Of a DNA stretch of 53,289 nt, positions 8,914 through 19,938 are shown in pieces (positions within the stretch are counted from its first letter, which is position 1; every line of letters starts with the position of its first letter). Below the pieces are notes generated by a model, which worked only from the letters and a program-made list of their open reading frames with translations, was not told the origin of the DNA and made no database searches. Source of the DNA: Nitrospira japonica (GTDB lineage: Bacteria > Nitrospirota > Thermodesulfovibrionia > Thermodesulfovibrionales > SM23-35); contig DYFC01000021.1 of NCBI GenBank assembly GCA_020725385.1, positions 1 to 53,289 of the forward strand. Direction: 5' to 3'. The position numbers and the translations under genes were made by a program.

Positions 8914-9567
8914 AATCTTGATACCCGCTTTAAGAGTTCCTTTCAATGTTTTACTTATCTTTGACTTGCCTCCTGCTCTTTTATAATAGGGAAGGGGGAC
9001 TTCTGTTATTCTTAGATTATATTTTAAAGCTCTAATCTGCATCTCTATTGTCCAGCCAAAATTTTTATCACCCATATCTAAATCCATCAAAGAGTCCCAT
9101 TTAATTGCTCTCATTGGTCCGAGATCATGATATTTAAATTTCCATAGTAAATAGGTTAGATATGTTGCCAGAAAATTACCAAAACGCTGCTGAAAAGACA
9201 GAGCTTCTTTACTTGTTGGAATCCTATTTTCAATTACAAAATCTGCTGAGCCATAGATAATAGGGTTTAGAATCTCATGAAGTCTTGAAATATCATCGCT
9301 TCCATCAGCATCAGCAAATGCGATTATATCAGGTGGTTCATGAGATAAAAACTTTATCCCTGCGAGACAGGCTCTTCCATAACCTGCTATAGGTTCATAA
9401 ACAACAAATACTCCATTATTCTGTGCAATATTTGCAGTCTCATCAATAGAGCCATTATCAACAACAATAACTTTATCTACAATTTCGGGAATAGCTTTGA
9501 GAACTAAAGGCAGAGTTTCAGCTTCATTCCTTGCTGGCAAAATAAGAGCTATTTTGGTATCTTGCAT
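8827..9567 (-). CDS. GT2 polyprenol-phosphate glycosyltransferase (DPM1-like)
   Basis: LPARNEA, VVDNGSID, GYGRAC, DADGSD, DLGPMRAI, GWTIEMQ. Confidence 0.85.
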   Translation of the reverse strand: MQDTKIALILPARNEAETLPLVLKAIPEIVDKVIVVDNGSIDETANIAQNNGVFVVYEPIAGYGRACLAGIKFLSHEPPDIIAFADADGSDDISRLHEILNPIIYGSADFVIENRIPTSKEALSFQQRFGNFLATYLTYLLWKFKYHDLGPMRAIKWDSLMDLDMGDKNFGWTIEMQIRALKYNLRITEVPLPYYKRAGGKSKISKTLKGTLKAGIKILWVVFREAFFCKVYSKSNYFNDNKGNNW

Positions 9568-9713
9568 ATTAATAAATATCGGAAATAAATTTTTTGATGA
9601 ATTTATAATACAAAATTCATTTGCTGATTTACTAATACTTAAATTATATAAATAACTTATAATTCATAAGACATATCCATGATTTTTTATGAATATTATG
9701 ATAATCTTACTTA

Positions 9714-10493
9714 ATGAATGACATAACATCAGAAATTAAAAAAGCTATTACTGCTAATGATGAAGAATTAAAAATACTCGTTCATCATTTCTCGGTTGAA
9801 GTTTTAAAAAATATATTTATTAACAGAAATCTTAATGAAGATCATGTTTATGTGATTGCAAATAGAAAAAATATATCATCCTCTTTACTTGAATATATCT
9901 ATAACATTAGAAAATGGAAAGAAAATTATAAAATAATCTCAGCTTTGTGCCGTAATCCAAGAACTCCTGAAAAAATAGCTTTGCAGATATTAAAATCATT
10001 ACGAATACTTGATCTTGCGGAACTCACCCGCAATAAACAGGTTCGTATATCAGTTAGGTCTAAAGCAGAATTAATGATATCTGAAAAAATACTATCATTA
10101 CCTTCGGGTATAAAAATCTCAATAGCAAGAAGGGCAAGCAATAATGTATTGCTAAAATTGCTCGAAGATGGAGTTAAAGAAGTTGTTCCAGTATGTCTTG
10201 ATAATCCATTATTGACCGAAGGTGATATTTGCAAAACTATTCATTTGAGAAAGACACCATCCCATGTAATAAATATGATAGCAAGTCATCCTAAATGGTC
10301 AAACCGTTATGAAGTTCAAAAAGCTTTGATAAGAAATAACTATTCAAAGCTTTCAATTATTGTAAATTTTTTTGAGAAGATGATGACACATGATCTTATA
10401 GAGTTATACGAAGACCCTAATGTTCCAATTAGTACCAAACCTTTTTTATATAGAGAACTTTTAAGAAGAAATGCTATAGATATTGAAAAATAA
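9714..10493 (+). CDS. hypothetical helical-repeat (LRV/HEAT-like) protein
   Basis: Repeated A-L-x-x-N-P motifs (ALCRNPRTP, CLDNPLL, ASHPKW, ALIRNN). Confidence 0.5.
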   Translation: MNDITSEIKKAITANDEELKILVHHFSVEVLKNIFINRNLNEDHVYVIANRKNISSSLLEYIYNIRKWKENYKIISALCRNPRTPEKIALQILKSLRILDLAELTRNKQVRISVRSKAELMISEKILSLPSGIKISIARRASNNVLLKLLEDGVKEVVPVCLDNPLLTEGDICKTIHLRKTPSHVINMIASHPKWSNRYEVQKALIRNNYSKLSIIVNFFEKMMTHDLIELYEDPNVPISTKPFLYRELLRRNAIDIEK

Positions 10494-10496
10494 AAA

Positions 10497-11576
10497 TTAA
10501 GAACTAAAAAATCTAAACCAGCTTTTCTTTTCTTTGAGATTTTCAACTATTCCATAAATCGTTCGTATGAGTGAATTGATTTCTTTTTGTTCTTTTTTAT
10601 TATCTTTCAGTTCATTTTTTACATTTTCTATATCTGTTTTTAATTCTTTTAAAATCTTATTTGTCTCAGAAATTGCATTGATGATTTCATCAGCTTTCTT
10701 ATCTGAAATTACAGGAACTTCTTTAATAATAGGTTCAGAAATTTGTTCTTCTTCAATTTTTGTAATTATTTTTTCTGGTTCTGTCCTCACTTCTGGAATT
10801 TCTATTTCCGGCATTTCAAAAGATGTTCTCTGAATCGGTATTTGCTCTTCAGCAATTATAGGTTTTACAGCAGCTTTTGGTTTTGGTTCTTCAAAAATAG
10901 CTGATTCTGTTAATGATTTTTCTGTAATAACCTTTTCAGGTTGAGCAAATGTTTCCGAATACTCTTCGGATGTCTGTATTTTAATTTTATGTTTTTGCGA
11001 AATATTTTTTATAACGAGTTTTGTGATTTCCCTGAATGTTTTCTCAACTCCTTCTCCTCTAACTGCAATAGATTCAAAGTAGCTATATTTGCCTTCTGGA
11101 TTCAGGTCATTATTTAATTCGTCAACAGATAAAATATTTGGCAAGTCACGCTTGTTAAATTGAAGGAGAATAGATATTTCATCAGGATTAATATTATTCT
11201 CTATAAGGTTATCATACATGTTCCTGAGGCTTTCAATATTAGAATCTTTCATCTCTTTTTGTGAGTCAGCTACAAAAACAACAGCATCAGCACCTTTCAA
11301 AACTATCTTTCTTGTTGCATTATATCTCACCTGACCGGGAACAGTGTACAACTGAAATCTTATAGAAAAATCGCTTATTTTACCTATTTCAACAGGAAGA
11401 AAATCAAAAAAAAGTGTTCTGTCGGCTTCTGTGGCAAGAGAAAGTAGTTTACCCCTTCTTGAAGGATCAAAGATTGAATGTAGATATTGTAGATTAGTTG
11501 TCTTTCCACTTAACCCGGGGCCATAATAAACAATTTTTATAGTTATTTCTTTAGTTGCATAATTAAATAAAGCCAT
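10497..11576 (-). CDS. mglA: MglA-family small GTPase with a long C-terminal extension
   Basis: KIVYYGPGLSGKTTNL, DRTLFFDFLP, LYTVPGQV, NKRDLP; about 165 extra C-terminal residues. Confidence 0.85.
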   Translation of the reverse strand: MALFNYATKEITIKIVYYGPGLSGKTTNLQYLHSIFDPSRRGKLLSLATEADRTLFFDFLPVEIGKISDFSIRFQLYTVPGQVRYNATRKIVLKGADAVVFVADSQKEMKDSNIESLRNMYDNLIENNINPDEISILLQFNKRDLPNILSVDELNNDLNPEGKYSYFESIAVRGEGVEKTFREITKLVIKNISQKHKIKIQTSEEYSETFAQPEKVITEKSLTESAIFEEPKPKAAVKPIIAEEQIPIQRTSFEMPEIEIPEVRTEPEKIITKIEEEQISEPIIKEVPVISDKKADEIINAISETNKILKELKTDIENVKNELKDNKKEQKEINSLIRTIYGIVENLKEKKSWFRFFSS

Positions 11577-11579
11577 ATT

Positions 11580-12977
11580 TTATACTATAGCATAAACTGC
11601 ATTTCTTGTCTGATGTTTAACCCTATACATAGCTTCATCAGCGAGTTTTATAAGTTCCTCCTTTGAACTTGCACTGCCCGGATATGAAGCTACCCCAAAA
11701 CTTGCAGTTATTTTTAATGCGTAACCTTCTTTTTTAAGAAAAGTATTTTGTTCAACAGCTCTTCTCATTCTTTCTGCTATCTGTGCAGCAGCTTTTGGAG
11801 CTGTTTGTGGAAGAACAATTACAAATTCATCGCCACCATATCTTGCAACAATATCAACAGTTCTAAGATTTCTAAGTAAAAGCTGTCCCATTTCAACCAA
11901 TACCTTGCTTCCTACAATATGTCCATAAGTATCATTTATCCTTTTGAAATGGTCAATGTCCATAAATACTAATGATAAAGAACTATTATATCGGCTCGCA
12001 CGCTGTATTTCGATTTCTATGGTTCTGTTAAGATAACGCGTATTAAAAAGCTTTGTTAAGTCATCAGTTATAGCAAGTTCTGTCATTTTCTGGTATAAAG
12101 AAGTCCTTTCAATCGCAATTGCAGTATGGTCAACCAATCTCATTAAAAGGTCCATATCATCTTTGTTAAAAGGCTCCCCTGTTTTTTTATTTACGAGCTC
12201 AATAACACCAAGAATTTGTTCATTAATTTTTACAGGAACACACATCAGTGATTTTGTCTTGAAATGAATCGCTCTATCTATTCTGCCTGTAAATCTTTGA
12301 TCTTTTGAGACATCAGGTACTACAACAGGAATACCTTCTTTTGCAACCCATCCCGCGATTCCTTCTCCTAATTTTATTCTAAATTTTCGTATATTCGAGG
12401 ATTTCTTTCTATTGGTTTTTTCGAAAATAAGATCTCCTGTTTCTTGATCAACAAGGAGTACAGACCAAGCTTCAGCTTTTATCATCTCCTTCACTTTTTC
12501 CATTATCATGAAAAGAATATCTTTAAGTTCAGTTGAAGAAGTAAGGGTTTTACTTACTACCTGATAAAAGTCTAACTCTCTTTTTAATGAAAACAGATCA
12601 TTTTTAAGTTTTATATTTTCATTTAAGATTTTAGATTCATTCAGTGCTTTTTTTATAAAAAAAGTTAATTCCTTGGGACCGGGTAGAAATAATGGGAATG
12701 TCAAGTTAATTTTAAGCCATTTAGTCATTCCTTTTAGAGCATGGTTATCATATATAATGATTTTCGGTATATTTGATGTTAGGTTGAGGAATTTATTAAA
12801 TGAAATATTTTTATTTATATTTTTTTCGATTATAAATATATCTGCTTTTTTGTCAGCTAATTCTTGTAGTGTTTTCTCGAGTGAATCATATTTTATTACA
12901 TTATACCCTGTTGATATAAGCAAGTCCTGAAAATCATAATTTAAAGGTATATTTCCTATCAATGAAATTCTATGCAT
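11580..12977 (-). CDS. GAF-GGDEF diguanylate cyclase with a degenerate receiver-like N-terminus
   Basis: [11 protein letters not shown] motif, DIDHFK, RTVD I-site, RYGGDEF. Start placed at ATG 12977, overlapping the end of secA. Confidence 0.9.
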   Translation of the reverse strand: MHRISLIGNIPLNYDFQDLLISTGYNVIKYDSLEKTLQELADKKADIFIIEKNINKNISFNKFLNLTSNIPKIIIYDNHALKGMTKWLKINLTFPLFLPGPKELTFFIKKALNESKILNENIKLKNDLFSLKRELDFYQVVSKTLTSSTELKDILFMIMEKVKEMIKAEAWSVLLVDQETGDLIFEKTNRKKSSNIRKFRIKLGEGIAGWVAKEGIPVVVPDVSKDQRFTGRIDRAIHFKTKSLMCVPVKINEQILGVIELVNKKTGEPFNKDDMDLLMRLVDHTAIAIERTSLYQKMTELAITDDLTKLFNTRYLNRTIEIEIQRASRYNSSLSLVFMDIDHFKRINDTYGHIVGSKVLVEMGQLLLRNLRTVDIVARYGGDEFVIVLPQTAPKAAAQIAERMRRAVEQNTFLKKEGYALKITASFGVASYPGSASSKEELIKLADEAMYRVKHQTRNAVYAIV

Positions 12978-15639
12978 TGATACCGCAGCATTTTTTGTAT
13001 TTTTTACCACTTCCGCAAATACATGGATCATTCCTTCCTATTTTTTTTGCACGTCTTACAGGCTGTGATGATGCGGAACTTTCACCTCTATTGTATTGCA
13101 TTCTAATCTGTTTTACAGGTTCTCTAATAGTTTCTTTCTTTTGTATCTGAATCTTGAAAAGTCTTGTCACAACTTCAGTAGATATTCTTGAGGACATAGC
13201 TGCAAATACTTCAAAGGCTTCTTTTTTATATTCAACTAATGGATCTTTTTGACCATAGCCTCTTAACCCAATGCCTTCTTTAAGATGGTCCATGCCAAGA
13301 AGGTGATCTTTCCATTGGGTATCAATAACCTGAAGCATGATAACCCTTTCAAGATAGCGCATTAAGTCGCTACCAAATTCCTGTTCTTTTGCTTTGTAAG
13401 TATTTTTTACAGTTGAGATAAGATATTCTCTGAGAGCATCTCTTCCCATTGATTCAATTACAGGCGAAATTGAGAATACTCCGTATATCGCTTCTTTTAA
13501 ACCTTTAATATCCCATTCTTCAAAATACTTATCTTCGGGACAGTATATATCCATAATTTCATCGATAACATCTTCTATCATTGAATATATACGTTCTTCC
13601 AGATTCTGACCTGAAAGAATTTCTTTTCTGAAAGAATATATTTCGGATCTCTGTTTGTTCATAACATCATCATACTCAAGAAGATGTTTTCTAATTTCAA
13701 AATTGTGTGTTTCAACACGTTTTTGTGCATTCTCTATTGCTCTTGATACAATTTTATTCTCAATCGGCACATCTTCTTCCATGCCAAGCTTACCCATAAT
13801 TCCAGAGATTTTATCAGAACCAAAAATTCTCATTAAATCATCTTCAAGAGAAAGATAAAAACGTGAAGAACCAGGATCACCCTGTCTTCCTGAACGCCCT
13901 CTTAATTGATTATCTATTCTTCTTGCTTCATGTCTTTCGGTGCCAAGTATATGGAGTCCTCCCAGTGAAACAACTTTTTCTCTATCTTTTTTGCATATTT
14001 CCTCTGCTTTAGAAAGAGCTGCTTTCCACTCTTCTTCTGAATATTGTGGTTTATCTTTTAAAAAATCGCGTGCCAAACCTTCAGGATTTCCACCAAGTAT
14101 AATATCAGTACCTCTACCTGCCATATTTGTTGCTATAGTGACAGCACCGCTTCTTCCTGCCTGTGCTATAATTTCTGCTTCTTTTTCATGATATTTAGCA
14201 TTAAGAACATTGTGTGGAATACCTTTCTTTTTCAGTAAATGACTGAGTATCTCTGATTTTTCAATAGAGATAGTGCCAACCAGAACTGGTTGGCCTTTTT
14301 TATGAAGTTGTTCAATTTCTTCTATTACTGCATTAAATTTTGTTTTTTCAGATTTATAAATAACATCAGGATGATCAACTCTTATCATCTCTTTGTTTGT
14401 TGGAATTACTACGACATCAAGATTATAAATTTTTGCAAATTCCTCTGCTTCTGTATCTGCTGTACCTGTCATGCCCGCAAGCTTGTTATACATTCTGAAG
14501 TAGTTCTGAAAAGTAATAGAAGCGAGTGTTTGGTTTTCACTCTCTATTTTTACACCTTCTTTTGCTTCAATCGCCTGATGTAACCCATCTGACCAGCGTC
14601 TTCCCGGCATAAGCCTGCCAGTGAATTCGTCAACTATAATAACTTCATTATCCTTAATAACATAATCAACATCTCTTTTGAAAAGAGTATGTGCTTTTAA
14701 AGCTTGTAAAACATGGTGAACTAATTCAATATTTGCAGGATCGTATAAGTTTACCGCTCCGAGTAAATGTTCAACCTTTATATTCCCTTCCTCTGTTAGA
14801 ATTGCCGTACGGGCTTTTTCATCAATTGTATAATCAATATCTCTTTTAAGTTTTGGAATAATTTTATCAATTCTATAATATTTATCTGTTGATTCTTCAG
14901 ATGGTCCAGAAATTATTAAAGGAGTCCTTGCTTCATCAATTAGAATGCTGTCAACTTCATCCACTATTGCATAATTTAGTTCCCTCTGGCAATATTCAGA
15001 TATATCATACTTCATATTATCTCTAAGATAATCGAATCCAAATTCATTATTTGTGCCGTAAGTAATGTCTGCAGCATAAGCCTCCTGTCTTGTGCAGGGC
15101 TTAAGAAAATCCATTTTTTTATCTGTTGAAAAATAATTAGGATCATATAAAAATGATGCTTCATGTTGTATTACACCAATTGATAGTCCCAAGAAATTAT
15201 ATAAAGGTCCCATCCATTGAGTATCACGTTTTGCAAGATAATCATTTACAGTTACAACATGAACTCCACGGCCTTCAAGTGCGTTAAGATAAACAGGAAG
15301 TGTGGCTACAAGTGTTTTACCTTCACCTGTTTTCATTTCGGCAATTTTACCTTCATGCAGGACAATACCACCTAATATCTGGACATCAAAATGCCTCATA
15401 TTTAGTTTTCTTTTTGAAACCTCACGTACTACAGCAAAAGCTTCGGGAAGGATTTCATCAAGAGATACTCCTGATTCAAGCATTTTCTTAAACTCTGAAG
15501 TTTTTTCTTTGAGTTGTATATCGGAAAGCACTGAAATAGAGGATTCAAATGAATTAACTTGCTCAACAATTGGCCAGAGTCTTTTAAGTTCTCTTTCGTT
15601 TTTTGTACCAAAAAATTTACTAAGTAATGTTCCTATCAT
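12970..15639 (-). CDS. secA: preprotein translocase ATPase SecA
   Basis: [38 protein letters not shown]-terminal zinc finger [17 protein letters not shown]. Confidence 0.99.
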   Translation of the reverse strand: MIGTLLSKFFGTKNERELKRLWPIVEQVNSFESSISVLSDIQLKEKTSEFKKMLESGVSLDEILPEAFAVVREVSKRKLNMRHFDVQILGGIVLHEGKIAEMKTGEGKTLVATLPVYLNALEGRGVHVVTVNDYLAKRDTQWMGPLYNFLGLSIGVIQHEASFLYDPNYFSTDKKMDFLKPCTRQEAYAADITYGTNNEFGFDYLRDNMKYDISEYCQRELNYAIVDEVDSILIDEARTPLIISGPSEESTDKYYRIDKIIPKLKRDIDYTIDEKARTAILTEEGNIKVEHLLGAVNLYDPANIELVHHVLQALKAHTLFKRDVDYVIKDNEVIIVDEFTGRLMPGRRWSDGLHQAIEAKEGVKIESENQTLASITFQNYFRMYNKLAGMTGTADTEAEEFAKIYNLDVVVIPTNKEMIRVDHPDVIYKSEKTKFNAVIEEIEQLHKKGQPVLVGTISIEKSEILSHLLKKKGIPHNVLNAKYHEKEAEIIAQAGRSGAVTIATNMAGRGTDIILGGNPEGLARDFLKDKPQYSEEEWKAALSKAEEICKKDREKVVSLGGLHILGTERHEARRIDNQLRGRSGRQGDPGSSRFYLSLEDDLMRIFGSDKISGIMGKLGMEEDVPIENKIVSRAIENAQKRVETHNFEIRKHLLEYDDVMNKQRSEIYSFRKEILSGQNLEERIYSMIEDVIDEIMDIYCPEDKYFEEWDIKGLKEAIYGVFSISPVIESMGRDALREYLISTVKNTYKAKEQEFGSDLMRYLERVIMLQVIDTQWKDHLLGMDHLKEGIGLRGYGQKDPLVEYKKEAFEVFAAMSSRISTEVVTRLFKIQIQKKETIREPVKQIRMQYNRGESSASSQPVRRAKKIGRNDPCICGSGKKYKKCCGINA

Positions 15640-15789
15640 TTTTCTATAATAAAATACACAAACTATTATTTCAAGAAATTGTGTAAAAATTTTATTTAAC
15701 TGTCTTTTTTATTTTATAAAAATTAATGATTACATGAAAAGTTTATAGAGATCTTGCGATTATTTATTTCGACATGCTAAATTGATTTT

Positions 15790-17076
15790 ATGAAGAAATT
15801 AGTTTATATACATACATTTGGTTGTCAGATGAATGTTCATGATTCTGAAAAAATGCTTGGAATCTTGGAAGGGAAGGGCTATCAAGAGACTGATCAGCCT
15901 TCGAAAGCTGATTTAATAATTTTTAATACTTGCAGTATAAGGCAAAAAGCTGAACAGAAGTTTTACAGCGAACTTGGCAGAATAAAATCTTATAAAAAAA
16001 GACATAAAAATCTAAAAATTATTGTTGCAGGGTGTATAGCACAACAAGAGGGGAAAAATATTTTTAAGAAAGCACCACATGTCGATTTTATAATAGGACC
16101 ACAAAATATCCATAATCTCGAAAAAATACAAGATGAAAAACAAGTATTAATTGAAGAAAATGCAGACATAGCAATAAATGATCTTCCTGTAAAACGTAAC
16201 AATAATGTATCTGCATGGGTTACTATAATGTATGGTTGTAATAATTATTGCAGCTATTGTGTTGTACCTTATACAAGGGGCAGAGAAAGGTCTCGTCCGA
16301 GTGAAAATATCTATAAAGAAATAACTGAACTTGCAGCAAAAGGATACAAAGAAATAACACTTCTTGGACAAAATGTAAATTCATATTACAGTGATATTAA
16401 TTTCACGCAGCTATTGAGAAAAATCAATAAAATAGAAGGAATCGTAAGAATTCGATTTGTGACATCTCACCCAAAAGATTTATCAGAAGATTTAATATAT
16501 GCAATTCAAGAGCTTGATAAGGTCTGCGAACACATACATTTGCCTTTGCAATCAGGTTCTGATGAGATACTTGTAAGAATGAATAGAAGATATTCTTTGA
16601 AAGATTATATGAAAAGAGTGAACATGTTAAGAAAAAAGATTCCAGATATATCAATCACTTCAGATATTATTGCAGGATTTCCCGGTGAAAATGAAAGTGA
16701 CCATAGAGCTACTTTGAAAGCTTTAAAAGAAATAGAATTTGATGGTATATTTGCTTTTAAATTTTCACCAAGACCTGGCACAAAAGCGGAAAAAATGGAT
16801 AATCAAATAGATGAAAATATAAAATCTGAAAGGCTTTCTGAAATACTTAGTTTGCAAGATAAAATTACCGAGAAAAAAAATAAATCACTCGAAGGAACTA
16901 TTCAAGAAATTTTAATAGAAGGTTATGACGAATTGAATGTTAATAGATTATCAGGCAGAACCCGTACAAATAAAATAGTTACAATAGATGCATATAACTT
17001 TAAACAAGGCGATATAATCAATGTTTTTATATCAAAGGGGAGAAAACATTCTCTTGAAGGGAATCCTCTGATTTAA
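15790..17076 (+). CDS. miaB: tRNA (i6A37) methylthiotransferase MiaB
   Basis: TFGCQMNVHDSE, NTCSIR, radical SAM CNNYCSYC, VPYTRGRERSR, TRAM domain. Confidence 0.95.
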   Translation: MKKLVYIHTFGCQMNVHDSEKMLGILEGKGYQETDQPSKADLIIFNTCSIRQKAEQKFYSELGRIKSYKKRHKNLKIIVAGCIAQQEGKNIFKKAPHVDFIIGPQNIHNLEKIQDEKQVLIEENADIAINDLPVKRNNNVSAWVTIMYGCNNYCSYCVVPYTRGRERSRPSENIYKEITELAAKGYKEITLLGQNVNSYYSDINFTQLLRKINKIEGIVRIRFVTSHPKDLSEDLIYAIQELDKVCEHIHLPLQSGSDEILVRMNRRYSLKDYMKRVNMLRKKIPDISITSDIIAGFPGENESDHRATLKALKEIEFDGIFAFKFSPRPGTKAEKMDNQIDENIKSERLSEILSLQDKITEKKNKSLEGTIQEILIEGYDELNVNRLSGRTRTNKIVTIDAYNFKQGDIINVFISKGRKHSLEGNPLI

Positions 17077-18314
17077 TGAAAGTTTCAATCCTTACACTCG
17101 GTTGCAGAGTAAATCAAGCAGAAAGTTCATTTATAGAAGGTAATCTAATAAATAATGGAATATCTATAGTTGATTTAAAAGATAAACCAGATTATTGCAT
17201 TATAAATACATGCTCGGTTACCTCAAAAAGTGACTACCAATCAAGACAACTTATCAGAAGAGCTTTAAAAACAGGGTCAAAAGTAATTGTAACCGGCTGT
17301 TATACACATCTTAATTCAGAGAGTATATTAAAAATAAATAAAGAAATTGTAGTTGTGCCTAATAATTTAAAACATAATATAATCAAAATGATAGATGATA
17401 ATATTAAAATTAATAGTTTAAGTTATTCTTTTAACTCACGTCCATATTTAATAATTCAGGTTGGATGTAATAATAAATGTTCCTATTGTATAGTAAGAAT
17501 TGTACGTGGAAAATCAAAAAGTATTCCTATAGAAAAAATAATAGAGCAAATCAAAAATTTCTCTGAATCAGGTTATAATGAAATTGTACTTACAGGTATT
17601 CATATTGGTTCATATGGTCATGATCTTGAACCTAAAGTAAAACTTTCAGATTTAATCAAAACTATCTTAGTTAAAACAAATATTATGCGCATTAGATTAA
17701 GTTCGCTTGAAGTTACCGAGATAGAAGATGAATTTTTAGACATGATGAATGACAATAGAATATGTAATCATCTACATATTCCAATGCAAAGCGGAGATGA
17801 TAAAATACTTAGACTTATGAATAGAAATTACGATACAAGATTTTATTCTTCAAAAATTGAAAAAATAGCGAAAAAAGTTAACAATATAAACATTGGAACT
17901 GATATTATTGTTGGATTTCCGGGTGAGACTGAAAAAGAGTTTTTTAATACGAAAAAACTTATTTCTGATTTACCAATATCTTACATTCATATTTTCCCTT
18001 TCTCAGCTAGAGAAGGAACTCCTGCTTATAACTATAACGAGCAAATAAATAATGTGGAAAAGAAAAAAAGGTGTTTAGAGTTACAATCTATAAATAAAAT
18101 AAAAAAGAAAAATTATTATGAGAAGCAACTCGGAAAAGAATTAAATATTATTATTGAAAAAAAGAATAGTGAAAATTTATATACAGGCACATCAGAGAAT
18201 TTTCTAAAGATCCCTGTCATATCAAGCGATTTGCCTTTAAAATCATGCATAAAATCGAAGATTATACAAAATGAAAAAAACAACCTTATAGGAATCCCCA
18301 TAAACAAAATATAA
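17076..18314 (+). CDS. mtaB: tRNA (t6A37) methylthiotransferase MtaB
   Basis: TLGCRVNQAES, INTCSVT, CNNKCSYC, LTGIHIG, HIFPFSAREGT. Confidence 0.88.
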   Translation: MKVSILTLGCRVNQAESSFIEGNLINNGISIVDLKDKPDYCIINTCSVTSKSDYQSRQLIRRALKTGSKVIVTGCYTHLNSESILKINKEIVVVPNNLKHNIIKMIDDNIKINSLSYSFNSRPYLIIQVGCNNKCSYCIVRIVRGKSKSIPIEKIIEQIKNFSESGYNEIVLTGIHIGSYGHDLEPKVKLSDLIKTILVKTNIMRIRLSSLEVTEIEDEFLDMMNDNRICNHLHIPMQSGDDKILRLMNRNYDTRFYSSKIEKIAKKVNNINIGTDIIVGFPGETEKEFFNTKKLISDLPISYIHIFPFSAREGTPAYNYNEQINNVEKKKRCLELQSINKIKKKNYYEKQLGKELNIIIEKKNSENLYTGTSENFLKIPVISSDLPLKSCIKSKIIQNEKNNLIGIPINKI

Positions 18315-18446
18315 CATATTATAATTTCAGTATATTTTTTCTGCCTAAATCATAATCAAATTCGCTTAATTCTGCAATAGAGATGCCCGTTATATGTTTT
18401 TAAACATAATTAATAACAGTTTATTAACAATCATTGTTAATTTAAT

Positions 18447-18474
18447 ATGTCTGATAAGATATATTATGTAAAAT
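18447..18474 (+). other. dif: dif site (XerC/XerD chromosome dimer resolution site)
   Basis: ATGTCTGATAA-GATATA-TTATGTAAAAT: 11-6-11 layout; the XerD arm differs by one base from the E. coli TTATGTTAAAT. Intergenic location. Confidence 0.85.
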
Positions 18475-19053
18475 AATGAATGTTCTTTTTATTTTTTGTT
18501 ATACTATTACCCTTTTTCCTATATATGAACTTATTAAAAGACAGATAATGAATTTAATCTTTTTAATATGTTACAGATGCTCTTTTTTGTAATTATTCAT
18601 GTTTTTAGTTTAAAATTAATAATTCCTGTATCAAATTCTTATAGCATATGCTTTTAAAATAGAACAATTTATTTTGGAATATTATTTAATCACTTTAAAA
18701 ATTTAATATAATATATTGTAATTTAATAAATAATTTGATTAACTTTAAGAAAATATTTAAAGAACTAAAAATAGACATAATTTTTTTAAATTACTAATTA
18801 ATATTATTGATGTAATATTGCATTAAATATGATAATTTTCTTTTTCAATAAAAATTAAATTTTCTCAAAAATATTAGTTAATAAATCATTTAACTTTAAT
18901 AATATATATTTTTTTAAAGTTATACTTTCAGTTTTTAAATTAGTAGTTCTACTTCCGGATAATATATAGTTATTTTCTATTAATTTCTCATTTTCAATCA
19001 CTATTATCTATTTGTTAAAAAGTATTTAGATTAATAAAAATATATTAAATAAA

Positions 19054-19311
19054 ATGAATAGTTACGCTATAATTACTTTTCATAATTCTCATTTTGCATT
19101 AAAAGCAAAAAGAGTCTTTGATAATAATCGTTTGAAATCAGAAACTATACCTGTACCAAGAGAATTAAGTTCAGAATGTGGTTTCTGTTGTAAAGTTTTG
19201 TGGAAAGATAAAGACTTAGTAGAAAATGTTTTAAAGAAAAATAATATTGCTTATGAAAATATTTATAGATGGGAAGATAAAGCAAAAGGCAAGAAATTTA
19301 ATTTTGTTTGA
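19054..19311 (+). CDS. DUF3343 family putative Se/S carrier protein
   Basis: ITFHNSHFALKA and IPVPRELSSECG motifs; first gene of the yedF operon. Confidence 0.8.
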   Translation: MNSYAIITFHNSHFALKAKRVFDNNRLKSETIPVPRELSSECGFCCKVLWKDKDLVENVLKKNNIAYENIYRWEDKAKGKKFNFV

Positions 19312-19326
19312 AAGAAGGAGGATTTA

Positions 19327-19938
19327 ATGTCTATAGAAATAGATGCAAGAGGGCTACCCTGCCCTCAACCTGTAATTAAAACAAAAGAAGGCTTAGAAAA
19401 AGCTAAAGGAAAAGAATTAGTAATTATTGTTAGCACATCTGAATCAAGGGATAATGTTCTTAGATTTTTATCTCATTCAGGTATAAATATTAATAAAGTT
19501 GAAGAAAATAACGGTTCATTTTATATATATACTGAAAAAACAAATAGAATACCTATAAATGTTGAAAAAAATGAATATATATGTTCAACCTCACAAATAA
19601 ATTTTGGAACGACTATTTTTATTAATAAAGACCGTATTGGACATGGCAATGACGAACTTGGCTATAATCTTATGAAAGCTTTCATAACAACAATTAAAGA
19701 TTTGTCTGTCCAGCCTAAGACTCTATGTTTTATGAATAGCGGGGTAAAACTTACAGTTAATGGGGCTGAAACTATTCCATATCTTAAGAATTTAGAGGAA
19801 AAAGGCATTGAGATTCTTGTATGCGGGACATGTCTTAGCTTTTACAATATCAAAGATAAATTAGCTGTCGGAAAAATTTCGAACATGTATGACATTTCTG
19901 AAACTATGCTAAAATCTTCCAAAGTCATTACTATATAA
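19327..19938 (+). CDS. yedF: selenium-metabolism sulfurtransferase-like protein YedF (TusA + DsrE domains)
   Basis: IDARGLPCPQPVI (TusA CPxP), GxxELG..LM..F, NSGVKL, CGTCL, GKISNMYDI; RBS AGGAGG. Confidence 0.88.
   Translation: MSIEIDARGLPCPQPVIKTKEGLEKAKGKELVIIVSTSESRDNVLRFLSHSGININKVEENNGSFYIYTEKTNRIPINVEKNEYICSTSQINFGTTIFINKDRIGHGNDELGYNLMKAFITTIKDLSVQPKTLCFMNSGVKLTVNGAETIPYLKNLEEKGIEILVCGTCLSFYNIKDKLAVGKISNMYDISETMLKSSKVITI

Noticed and set aside
12978-13031. Longer start for the diguanylate cyclase
   Set aside because: It would overlap the SecA zinc-finger codons by about 60 nt; ATG 12977 at the secA stop is more plausible.
18315-19053. oriC in the long AT-rich intergenic region
   Set aside because: No cluster of good DnaA boxes (only TTATTAACA-like matches) and no dnaA/dnaN nearby. 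A dif site and converging KOPS indicate the terminus instead.
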